Source: an uncultured Chloroflexia bacterium (GTDB lineage Bacteria; Chloroflexota; Limnocylindria; Limnocylindrales; CSP1-4). From it: 64,000 nucleotides of DNA. A program made the position numbers and the translations under genes. Shown one piece after another: positions 10,412 through 21,580 of this stretch; position 1 is the stretch's first letter; every line of letters starts with the position of its first letter. The stretch spans positions 307,534 through 371,533 of the forward strand of contig CAWHXD010000019.1 in the NCBI GenBank assembly GCA_963833225.1, given 5' to 3'. The notes beneath the pieces are model-generated. The model was not told where the DNA came from, searched no databases, and worked only from the letters and a program-made list of their open reading frames with translations.

Positions 10412-11206
10412 ATGAGCGTCCTTCCCCCGCTCCGGATCCGCGTCCGCCTGTTCGCCATGCAGCGTGAGAAAGCTGGGACCAAGGAGCTTCGCCTCGAGCT
10501 GCCGCTGGGCTCGACCGTGGACGATGCGTGGGCTGCGGTTGTCGAGGTCGTCCCGGTCTTGGCCCCGGGCCGCTCATCGCTGCGGTTCGCGGTCAACGGC
10601 GACTACTCCGACCCGTCGCGGCCGCTGGCCGATGGCGACGAGATCGCGTGCATCCCCCCGGTCAGCGGCGGATCCGATGCGGCCGACGACGACGCGGCCG
10701 ACGACGATGCCGATCGCGTGCTCGAGATCCGCGCGGCACCGTTTCCCGCGACCCTGGTTGCCGAGCTGTCGGACCGGCTGGCCACGGTCGAGGACGGTGG
10801 CGTCGTCGCGTTCATCGGCCGAACTCGGATCACGCCAGGCACACCGGCCCCCGGGCAGGAGGCCGATGCCGCGACGCACGCCGGTCGTGAGGTCCGGGGT
10901 TTGGCGTACGAGGCCTTTGAGCCGATGGCCCTCCACGTGCTGGGCGAGATCGCCGACGAGATCGAGCAGCGGTTTGGCGTCCGGCGGATCGCGATCATCC
11001 ACCGGACTGGCGAGGTCCCCCTGGGTGAGACGTCCGTCCTGGTCGTGGCGGCGGCACCCCACCGGGACGCCGCCTTCGCCGCCGCCCGGTACGCGATCGA
11101 CGAGACCAAGGCACGGGCACCGATCTGGAAGGCCGAACGGTTCTCCGACGGGCACGTCTGGATCGGTGAGGTGGCTCGGACGGGGCCCGCGGACGCAACC
11201 CGGTAG
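10412..11206 (+). CDS. moaX: Fused molybdopterin synthase MoaD-MoaE (MoaX-like)
   Basis: Met at 10412, in frame with ORF 9269..11206. The N-terminal ~87 aa end in IPPVSGG (ubiquitin-like MoaD C-terminal GlyGly). An acidic linker SDAADDDAADDDAD follows, then a MoaE-like domain (VVAFIGRTR..., IAIIHRTGEVPLGETSVLVVAAAPHR, APIWKAE). Confidence 0.8.
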   Translation: MSVLPPLRIRVRLFAMQREKAGTKELRLELPLGSTVDDAWAAVVEVVPVLAPGRSSLRFAVNGDYSDPSRPLADGDEIACIPPVSGGSDAADDDAADDDADRVLEIRAAPFPATLVAELSDRLATVEDGGVVAFIGRTRITPGTPAPGQEADAATHAGREVRGLAYEAFEPMALHVLGEIADEIEQRFGVRRIAIIHRTGEVPLGETSVLVVAAAPHRDAAFAAARYAIDETKARAPIWKAERFSDGHVWIGEVARTGPADATR

Positions 11207-11276
11207 CCCGACTGGCGACCAACCCGTAACCCAAGGTCGGGATCACGACCGGGCCGCAGGGCGCCATACTTCGGGC

Positions 11277-12872
11277 ATGCATCAGTTCGGGGACGGCACG
11301 ACGATCGAGGAGCTGCGCGCGAGGGCGGCCGGGATCGCGTCGGCCTGGGGTGCTGCCGCAGCCACCTTCACCACCGTCGGCCAGGAACGAGCGATCCTGC
11401 GCCTGTTCGGCGTCACCGGCCTCGACCAGGAGGGCCGGCCGCTTGCTGCCGAGGTCGTCGACCGATACGTGACCCCGGACCCTCGGCGGCTCGGTGGCGG
11501 AATCGCCCTGCCGTTCGCGATGGCCATGGCGGAGTACGACCTCCGCCCGCAGGAGCTGGCGCAGGAGGTGGCGGCCGGGAACGTGGACCTCGGGCTCGAG
11601 GCGGAGCTGCTCGCCGAGCCGGACCGGCGCGCCATCGCGGTCGCCAATGCGGAGGCGCTCGCGCGTGGCGCCCTGGAGAGGATCGACGCGAACCGGACGG
11701 CCCGCCACGAGCTCCTCGCGGTGCTGGGGGACCCGCGGCGGCCATGGATCGGCATGTCGCTCGCCTCACCGGCCATCGTGGATGCCCTCGAGGAGGCTGC
11801 CCGCACGATCGGGGCCGGGGCCGAGCTGGTCCGGGTCGAGGTGCCGCCCAGCCGTGAGCTGGCGGAGCTGACGACACGGGCCGGGCATGCCGTGGAGGGG
11901 TGGCATGCCGACGCCTCGTCCCGGGGCGGTCTCGAGGCCCACGACCCGGCCGGCGCCCCCGTCCCGGCCGGTGCCCAGCGCGCGCTCTCGGTCCTGCGAC
12001 GGTTCGTGGATGAGGCGGGCGCGCGCCGTCGGGGCTACGTGCGGCTGATCACCGATGCCCAGCCGCTGGCCGCGCCGGAGCAGGCGGTCGTCGCGGCCTT
12101 CGAGCGCGTCGACATCGTCGTCGCGGACCCGATGCGCGAGATCGTGACCGGTCGGGTGGACCCGGACCGGGCCCTCGCCGATCACGTGTTCGCGCACCGG
12201 CTGCTGTGCCGGGCCGGGACGCGGGTCATCGTGCCATCCGGGCCGCTCCTCGTGGGGCCGGACCTGGCCCGTGGCCTGCCCTCCGATCCCGCGACCCGCG
12301 CAGGGCGCGCGCTGGCGATGCAGCTGCTGGCCGTCGAGCTGGCGATGCGGGACGGGATGCCCGCCGGAAGCGTGTCGCTGGGTGCGCTCCCGGGCTGGCT
12401 GGTGGAGGAGCCGGACGCTCCCGCTCGTGCCGCCGCCGAGGTCGCGGTCCGGAGGGCGCTCTTCCCCGAGCATCCGCTGGCGTTCATGGAGCCGACCCTC
12501 TCGCCAGAGGCGGCCGGGACATGGCACGCGCTCGCGGCCGCGCTGCTCCCGGATGCGGGCGAGGTGGACGTGGTGCTGCGCCAGGCCGGTGACGCCTCTG
12601 ACATCGTGGCCCGGACCCGGTCGGCGGCAATGGTCGCGGCGGGCCTGCGCGAGGGCCGGTCGACATCGGGTCTCACCGGGGCAGCGGCCGTCCATGCCGC
12701 CCGGTGCCTCGCGGTGGCCTCGGAGACCCTGGCGGCGCTCGAGGAATTGGGTTGGGGCGCCGTCGTGGACCAGCCGCTTGCCGTGGGCTCCGTGGGGCTC
12801 GGGGCGGAGGCGGTCGCGGAACGGACCGGGTCGTTCGACGCGCTGGCGGTCGAGGTGTCGGCTGGCGGCTGA
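11277..12872 (+). CDS. Lysine-5,6-aminomutase alpha-subunit (KamD)-like protein, with no partner subunit nearby
   Basis: Met at 11277, in frame with ORF 10464..12872 (531 aa). From memory, TTVGQERAILRLFGVTGLD and GYVRLITDAQPLAAPEQAVVAAFERVDIVVADPM resemble conserved blocks of KamD. No B12-binding KamE-like gene is adjacent. Confidence 0.45.
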   Translation: MHQFGDGTTIEELRARAAGIASAWGAAAATFTTVGQERAILRLFGVTGLDQEGRPLAAEVVDRYVTPDPRRLGGGIALPFAMAMAEYDLRPQELAQEVAAGNVDLGLEAELLAEPDRRAIAVANAEALARGALERIDANRTARHELLAVLGDPRRPWIGMSLASPAIVDALEEAARTIGAGAELVRVEVPPSRELAELTTRAGHAVEGWHADASSRGGLEAHDPAGAPVPAGAQRALSVLRRFVDEAGARRRGYVRLITDAQPLAAPEQAVVAAFERVDIVVADPMREIVTGRVDPDRALADHVFAHRLLCRAGTRVIVPSGPLLVGPDLARGLPSDPATRAGRALAMQLLAVELAMRDGMPAGSVSLGALPGWLVEEPDAPARAAAEVAVRRALFPEHPLAFMEPTLSPEAAGTWHALAAALLPDAGEVDVVLRQAGDASDIVARTRSAAMVAAGLREGRSTSGLTGAAAVHAARCLAVASETLAALEELGWGAVVDQPLAVGSVGLGAEAVAERTGSFDALAVEVSAGG

Positions 12873-12895
12873 CCGGTCGCCACGGGCTCCCCGGC

Positions 12896-13345
12896 CTAGA
12901 GGCGCGTCAGGCCGTCGGCCTCGTTATCGGCGACCAGGCGCTCGCAGGTGGGGCAGTGCCAGGCCGCCTGGAGCGGTGTTCCGCACAGCTCGTGCCGCAG
13001 CGGCTCACCGACGCCACCCCGGCGGGAGCCCCAGTCGGCCAACAGCTGGAGAGCCCCCGCGAGCTCCCGACCATCGACGGTGAGCGCGTACTCCATCCGC
13101 AGCGGGCGGCGGCTGTAGGGCGTCGCGACCACGATCCCGGCACGTTCCAGGCGCCGGAGCCGGTCCGAGAGGATGTTGGGCGCGATCCCGTGCACGGCGC
13201 CACCCAGCTCGTTGAACCGTCGCGAGGCCGGCAGCAGCGCGTCGACCAGCAGCAGGCTCCATCGGTCGCCGACGCGGTCGAGCGCTGCGCCGAGGGCGCC
13301 GGTGGGCGGGACGGGATCGGTGGGGGTGGTCATCGTCGGCCCCAT
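12896..13345 (-). CDS. HxlR-family winged-helix transcriptional regulator with C-terminal Cys-rich tail
   Basis: ORF track 12896..13396. The likely start is MGPTM at 13345. DRWSLLLVDALLPASRRFNELGGAVHGIAPNILSDRLRRLERAGIV matches the HxlR pattern. The tail is ELCGTPLQAAWHCPTCERL. Confidence 0.8.
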   Translation of the reverse strand: MGPTMTTPTDPVPPTGALGAALDRVGDRWSLLLVDALLPASRRFNELGGAVHGIAPNILSDRLRRLERAGIVVATPYSRRPLRMEYALTVDGRELAGALQLLADWGSRRGGVGEPLRHELCGTPLQAAWHCPTCERLVADNEADGLTRL

Positions 13346-13385
13346 GGTAGGCGAGCGGTTGCGTCTCGTCCGGCAGGGTAGTAGA

Positions 13386-13417
13386 TTGCAACTCACAAGT
13401 TACTAGACACTTGCAAC
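13386..13417. promoter_or_regulatory. Candidate operator in the divergent HxlR / protease promoter
   Basis: Locally AT-richer island. Inverted repeat CAAGT-N8-ACTTG (13396-13413) and direct repeat TTGCAAC at 13386-13392 and 13411-13417. Confidence 0.35.
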
Positions 13418-13439
13418 AGGTCACGAGAGGCGCGAACCC

Positions 13440-16237
<2,798 letters not shown>

Positions 16238-16256
16238 GACGGAGTGCAGCCCCGCG

Positions 16257-17708
16257 CTACACCCCCGGGAGGGCCTCGCCGAGCCCGAACGGCGCCCCGG
16301 CCTCGCGCACGCACGCACGGAGCGCGTCCGCCGTGTCCGGTGCCGGGCTCGCGACCACGTGCGAGGCGAGGATCTCCTCGACCCGCTCCCTCGCCCGCCC
16401 GAAGGCGTCCAGCCCGCCGGCGTCCTGCCACGCCCGCCGCGAGCTGCGATCGATCACCTTCGAGGGCAGGAACTGCTCGGACTTGAACAGCCGGCGCGTG
16501 TCCTGCAGCTCCAGGAACCGGCCCTCCGGACCGGCCTGCTCGAAGAACCCGGTGGCGAGCGTCTCGGTGGGGGTCGCCACCCCGCGCAGCAGGCGCTGGA
16601 CCATGCCGATCATCTCGGCGTCGAGGACCAGCTTCTCCGCGCTCTGGACGAGCAGGAAGTCGAGCATGCCCGGCGCCGGAGATCATGTCGATCCCGGCGA
16701 GACCGCCGATCAGCGCGGTCATGCCGCTCTCGTAGCCGGCCTGGGCATCGACGACCTTGGAGTCGGTCGCGCCGAGGTACGCGTGGACGGGCAGCCCAAG
16801 GGACTTGCCGACCGCCGCATACCCGGCGTCGATCATCGCGGTCTCGATGGCGCCCATCGGGGTGGCGCCGGAGCGCATGTCGATGATCGACGGGGCGCCG
16901 CCCCAGACGATCGGCGACCGGCCTCGGCCAGCTGGTGGAGGACGATCCCCGCCAGGGTCTCGGCGGCGTGCTGGACGATCGCGCCGATCAGGGTGACCGG
17001 TGCGGCGACGCCGGCCAGGGGCATCGAGATGAGCTCGGCCGGGACGTGCGCCCGGGCGAGGTCCATCACGTTCCGGCAGGCGAACTCGGACCAGGTGAGG
17101 GGCGGCGACGGACAGACGTCGAACACGGCCCGCGGCTTCTCGGCGAGGGCGGCACGCCCGCCGGCGTCGATGGCGAGCAGGTCGATCATGATCGCGGAGC
17201 CGCGCGGCGTGAACGCCCCGGTCACCACGGGCTTGGAGCTGTGGACCAGGCACAGGAACAGCCGGTACAGGTCGCCGATCTCGGTGGGGACGTCGTGGGC
17301 CACGATGGCCGTGGACACGGCGTTGTACGCGGGCAGCGCATCCGCCACGCGCAGCAGGCGCGCCAGGTCGGCAGCCTGGGAACGGTGCACCTCGAGCGTC
17401 TCCGGGTCGAGCATCGCCACCCCGGACGAGCCGGGATCGAAGTTGACGACGCCCTGCCCGTAGCGGGCCGCCGGGTCGCCGGCCCGGTCGAACAGGCTGA
17501 ACTCGTGCGGGACGGTGTCCAGTGCGCGCCGGACCATGGCTTCCGGGATGCTCACCCGGTCGCCGTCGGCCGTGGCACCGCTGGCGACGAGCAGGGCGAT
17601 CGCCTCGGGCTCCTCGACCTTGGTGCCGGGGCTGGCCAGCAGCGCCAGGGCTTCGTCGACCACGCGGTCGATCAGGGCGGGATCGAGGAGCTCGAACCGG
17701 GGTCGCAT
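16257..17708 (-). pseudogene. MttB-superfamily (non-Pyl trimethylamine-methyltransferase-like) corrinoid methyltransferase, disrupted by two compensating frameshifts
   Basis: The N-terminal part is in ORF 16833..17756 (from MRPRFELLDPALIDRVVDEAL). The conserved centre PIVWGGAPSIIDMRSGATPMGAIETAMIDAGYAAVGKSLGLPVHAYLGATDSKVVDAQAGYESGMTALIGGLAGIDMISGAG is only readable in the frame of ORF 16186..17253. The C-terminal part MLDFLLVQSAEKLVLDAEMIGM... (ORF 16257..16667) is back in the first frame (17756-16667 is divisible by 3). Confidence 0.85.
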
Positions 17709-17718
17709 CGCCGCGCCC

Positions 17719-19185
17719 TCAGCCAACGCCGGCCGGGCTGGTCCCGGCGGCGGCACGGTGGGCCGCGATCAGCCGCCCCAGCTCGGCATCCTGGGCCGGA
17801 TCGAGCGGCTCGGGGGTGTGCTCGCGAAGCAGCGTCCGGGCCCGCTCGAGGGCCTCGCGGTGGTACTTGTCCGGGTCTGCCTCCCAGGCGCCGTAGTGCC
17901 GCCGGTCGAGATAGCGCGCCTTCCACAGGCCGCGCATCGCCGTCCGGGTGTGCGGCGAGGTCAGGAAGTCACCGCCCGGCCCCACGTCGGCGATCGCATC
18001 CAGGGCGAGCGTCTCGTCGTCGACCGCGATCCCCTCGCACACCTTGGCCACGATCGAGGCGATCTCGGTGTCGAGGATCATCTGCTCGTAGGACCAGATC
18101 CGGGACCCGTGCAGGAGCCCGGCGCCCAGCAGCATGTCCGAGACCACGACCGTGGCCATGAACGCCGACAGCCCGTTCTCGAGGCCGGCCTGCCAGTCGG
18201 ACCGCTTGGCGCCCGTGGCATAGGCGCCCATCGAGAGCGGCACGTGGTAGAAGTCGGCGAGCTGGTTGGTCGCCGCGCCGAACAGGAAGTCCTCCGGGCC
18301 GCCGCCCGTGTAGGCGCCCGACCGCAGGTCCATCGCGGTCTGCGCCGCGGCGTAGTAGACGGGGGCGCCCGGGTGCGCCAGCTGCATCAGGGCCATGGCC
18401 GTGACGACCTCGGCGTTGCCGGTGACGAGCGAGCCCGCCACGGTGGCCGGTCCCGAGAACGCGCACGAGGCCATCGTCATGAACCCGACGGGCACGCCGT
18501 GGCTGGCCGCAACGAGCGAGGCATCGATGGCGCCGCCATCGTGCGCGAGCGGGCTGATCGTGCACTGCATGAGCGAGAGGACCGGGCGGGCCCGCAGCGA
18601 CTCGCGCGAGCCATTGAGGACCTGGGCCATCGCGATCGCCGTCTCCGCCTCCTCGGGCGTGACGATCGACTCGGTCTGGACGTGCTTGGTCGAGTTGCGC
18701 CAGACGGCGGCGACCTCCTCCAGCGAGCGCGTGGATGGCTCCACGTCCTGCGCCGACACCGCGACCCAGTGGAACGCGATCTCGGGCAGCGCGTCGGCGA
18801 CGCGGGCGATGTCCCCGACGTCGGCGAGGGCAGACCGGCGTACCTCGAGGGTCCACGGGTCGAGGACCTCGATCCCACAGCCGTCCGTGGCGAGGTACAC
18901 ATGCTCGCCGTCGAGCGGCAGGTCCTGGTCCGGGTTGCGGGCGCCGAGGGTGTAGGCGCTCGGGGCGTGCTTGAGAGCATCCTCGATCAGTGATCGGGGC
19001 GCCTTGACGATGCCTGTCTCCCGATCCACCTTCGCGCCGTGCTCCGCCCAGATCGCCTGGGCTCGGACCGAGGGAAACCGGACGCCGACGCGCTCGATGA
19101 TGTCGAGGGTGGCCTCGTGGATACGGCCGACGGCGGCCTGCGAGAGGACCTCCAGCCGCGGGCGGCTGTCAGGAATGATGCTCAT
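17719..19185 (-). CDS. MttB-superfamily corrinoid-dependent methyltransferase (non-pyrrolysine), paralog 2
   Basis: ORF track 17719..19257. Met at 19185 is preceded by GGAGG. Contains SIIPDSRPRLEVLSQAAVGRIHEATLDIIERVGV, a typical family N-terminus. Open throughout, with no in-frame TAG. Confidence 0.85.
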   Translation of the reverse strand: MSIIPDSRPRLEVLSQAAVGRIHEATLDIIERVGVRFPSVRAQAIWAEHGAKVDRETGIVKAPRSLIEDALKHAPSAYTLGARNPDQDLPLDGEHVYLATDGCGIEVLDPWTLEVRRSALADVGDIARVADALPEIAFHWVAVSAQDVEPSTRSLEEVAAVWRNSTKHVQTESIVTPEEAETAIAMAQVLNGSRESLRARPVLSLMQCTISPLAHDGGAIDASLVAASHGVPVGFMTMASCAFSGPATVAGSLVTGNAEVVTAMALMQLAHPGAPVYYAAAQTAMDLRSGAYTGGGPEDFLFGAATNQLADFYHVPLSMGAYATGAKRSDWQAGLENGLSAFMATVVVSDMLLGAGLLHGSRIWSYEQMILDTEIASIVAKVCEGIAVDDETLALDAIADVGPGGDFLTSPHTRTAMRGLWKARYLDRRHYGAWEADPDKYHREALERARTLLREHTPEPLDPAQDAELGRLIAAHRAAAGTSPAGVG

Positions 19186-19300
19186 GTGTGCCTCCAGCCG
19201 GGCGCCCCGTGTCCCGGCCACGCGTAACGACTCCGGCTCAGGATCGGGAGCCGGCACCGATGCGGATCAGGGGCGGTGGGGGACGCGCGCCGCGCAGCGA

Positions 19301-19966
19301 TCAGGAGGCGGTGGCCGCCTCCGCGCCGAGGAGCTTGCGGGCCAGCGCGACGGCGCCGATGGCGTCTTCGCTGTACCCGTCGGCGCCGATCTCCGTGGCC
19401 CAGCTCTCGCTGGCCGGGGCGCCGCCGACGATCACCTTGACCTTGTCGCGAATACCCGCGTCGGTCATCGCCTGGACGACGGTCCGCTGTCCGGCCATGG
19501 TCGTGGTCAGCAGCGCCGACACGCCGATCAGGTCCGCGTTGTGCTCCTTCGCCGCCTCGACGAACTGGTCCGGTGCGACGTCCACGCCAAGGTCATGGAC
19601 CTCGAACCCGCTGGTGGACAGCATCATCCCGACGAGGTTCTTGCCGATCTCGTGGATGTCACCCTTGACCGTGCCGATGACCACGCGGCCGACGACGTGG
19701 CGGACGGCCGCCTGCGCCTGGAGCTCCGGCTCCAGGATGTCCATCGCCTTCTGCATCGCCCGGGCCGCGAGCATCATGTCCGGCAGGAACAGCTCGCCGA
19801 GGCCAAATTGCTCGCCCACCCATGACAGGCCGGGGACCAGCCCGTTGTCGATGGCCGCGAGCGGGGCGACCCGCTGGTCGAGGACCTGCTGGGCCAGGGC
19901 GGCCGATGCTGTCGCGTCGCCGTCGATCACGGCCTGACGAAGCGCCGCGTAGAGCTCGTCGCTCAT
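19301..19966 (-). CDS. Cobalamin-binding corrinoid protein (MtgC/MttC-like)
   Basis: Met at 19966 is preceded by AAGGAG. N-terminal helical cap domain, then the B12-binding signature GDIHEIGKNLV (DxHxxG), SALLTTT (SxL) and VIVGGAP (GG). Confidence 0.9.
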   Translation of the reverse strand: MSDELYAALRQAVIDGDATASAALAQQVLDQRVAPLAAIDNGLVPGLSWVGEQFGLGELFLPDMMLAARAMQKAMDILEPELQAQAAVRHVVGRVVIGTVKGDIHEIGKNLVGMMLSTSGFEVHDLGVDVAPDQFVEAAKEHNADLIGVSALLTTTMAGQRTVVQAMTDAGIRDKVKVIVGGAPASESWATEIGADGYSEDAIGAVALARKLLGAEAATAS

Positions 19967-20021
19967 GGTTGCTCCTTGTGCTCGGTTGCCTGCGTGACGT
20001 TGCCGCGAACAGACGACGGCT

Positions 20022-21503
20022 TCATGAACTGGGGGCCGGACGAGGGACGGCGGCCCGCTCGAGGATGGACGCGATGGCCTGCTCCGCCGCCTCGGGGAGC
20101 GGCGGAGCCTGGTGCGATGCGAGGATCTTGTCCACCCGGGCGGCGGCACGCTCCCCGAGGGTCAAGCCGCCGCGAGCGAGCCATTGGGGCCGGCTCGTCC
20201 GGTCGATGAGCGATGGATACCAGTGCTCGCGGTAGTGGTCGAGGGTGTGTTGCGCCTCCAGAAACGACCCGTTGGGTCCGAGCGTGTCCACCAGGTCCAG
20301 CGCGAGCGCCTCATCGTCGAGGGCCACGGGCGCGATCGACGCCCCGATCCAGGCGGCGATCTCGTCGCAGATCGCGAGCTGGGCGAGCGAGCCGCACAGC
20401 CCCGACTCCAGGTATCCGCTGTCGTGGACCAGGTGCCCGCCGGCGAGCGCGTGCCAGAGCATCGTGAGCGACGCGTCGGCCGCCGCCTGTCCGTCCACGG
20501 CCTTGCTGTCCGAGCCGCCTGCGAGCGAGAACATCGGCAGGTCGTAATGGTGGGCGAGCGACGGGACCACGCCCATGTGGTCGGGCTCGGCGTACGGGTC
20601 CACCATCGTGCGCAGGTCGAGGAACTCGCCGCCCATGCCGGGGATGACCACTGGGGTCCCCTCCCGCACGAGGTTCGCGAGCACCAGCCCGACCAGGACC
20701 CCGGCGTTGTTGACGGCCACGTTGCCGGCGAGGGTCACCGGGCCTGTCGTCCCGCCCGACGTGACCGGGATCCACAGGGCCGGCAGGCCGCGCTCCGCGA
20801 GCAGGATCAGCTTGCGGATCGAGTCGCCGTTGTGGACGAGACCGCTGGTGACATTGATGTAGAACGCGACCAGCGGTCGCTCGCGCAGGGCATCGGGCCC
20901 GCCGACCACCGCCTCGGCCATCGCGACCGCGTCGGCCATGGCGTCGACGTCGTAGGTCACCACCACGAGGGGCTTGGTGGTGTGCCGGAGCATGACCGCC
21001 ATCTGCTCCCGGTCCGCCATGGCTGCCGGGACGTCCGAGGGCAGGAACATCGACATCCCGAATGCCATGTTCGGCAGCGCGTCGATGACCGTCAAGCCGT
21101 CACGGGTGTCCCCGACGACGGCCGCTCGCCGCTCGCCGGTCCGGTGGTCGATGATCGAGAGGCAGTCCGACCCGGGCCCGAAGTAGACGTTGTCGCCCTC
21201 GAGGAACAGGCGTGGCTCGCCGGCCCGATCGTGGAGGACGACCGATCGGTTCGCGACGCCCAGCGCCCACTCCACCAGCGATCCCGGCACATGGACCCGG
21301 CCATCGTCGGTCACCCTGGCGCCGGCGCCGTGCAGGCGCTCGACCGCTTGCGCGTCGTGCAGGAGGACGCCGGTTCGCTCGAGAATGGCGAGGCTGGCCT
21401 CGTGCAGCCGCCCGCAGGCTTCGGGTGTCAGGCGGTCGTAGCGCGGCGAACGCGCCATGCGCCGCTCGGGCGGCAGCTTGGGGGCAAGGGATTCCACGGA
21501 CAC
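20022..21503 (-). CDS. MttB-superfamily corrinoid-dependent methyltransferase (non-pyrrolysine), paralog 3
   Basis: ORF track 493 aa. Contains YDRLTPEACGRLHEASLAILERTGVLL and the central PVVIPGMGGEFLDLRTMV and GGSDSKAVDGQAAAD blocks, collinear with paralogs 1 and 2. No in-frame stop. Confidence 0.85.
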   Translation of the reverse strand: MSVESLAPKLPPERRMARSPRYDRLTPEACGRLHEASLAILERTGVLLHDAQAVERLHGAGARVTDDGRVHVPGSLVEWALGVANRSVVLHDRAGEPRLFLEGDNVYFGPGSDCLSIIDHRTGERRAAVVGDTRDGLTVIDALPNMAFGMSMFLPSDVPAAMADREQMAVMLRHTTKPLVVVTYDVDAMADAVAMAEAVVGGPDALRERPLVAFYINVTSGLVHNGDSIRKLILLAERGLPALWIPVTSGGTTGPVTLAGNVAVNNAGVLVGLVLANLVREGTPVVIPGMGGEFLDLRTMVDPYAEPDHMGVVPSLAHHYDLPMFSLAGGSDSKAVDGQAAADASLTMLWHALAGGHLVHDSGYLESGLCGSLAQLAICDEIAAWIGASIAPVALDDEALALDLVDTLGPNGSFLEAQHTLDHYREHWYPSLIDRTSRPQWLARGGLTLGERAAARVDKILASHQAPPLPEAAEQAIASILERAAVPRPAPSS

Positions 21504-21580
21504 CTCACACGATGGAGACGGCCTGATGAGCGTCCGGCCCGCAGGTCAGGGAGCGACAGGGCGGAAGGTCCCGAGGAAAG

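Noticed and set aside
16257-21503. Pyrrolysine (in-frame TAG) recoding in the MttB homologs
   Set aside because: Paralogs 2 and 3 are uninterrupted ORFs. The breaks in paralog 1 are frame changes, not an amber codon. No pylTSBCD-like genes are in the window.
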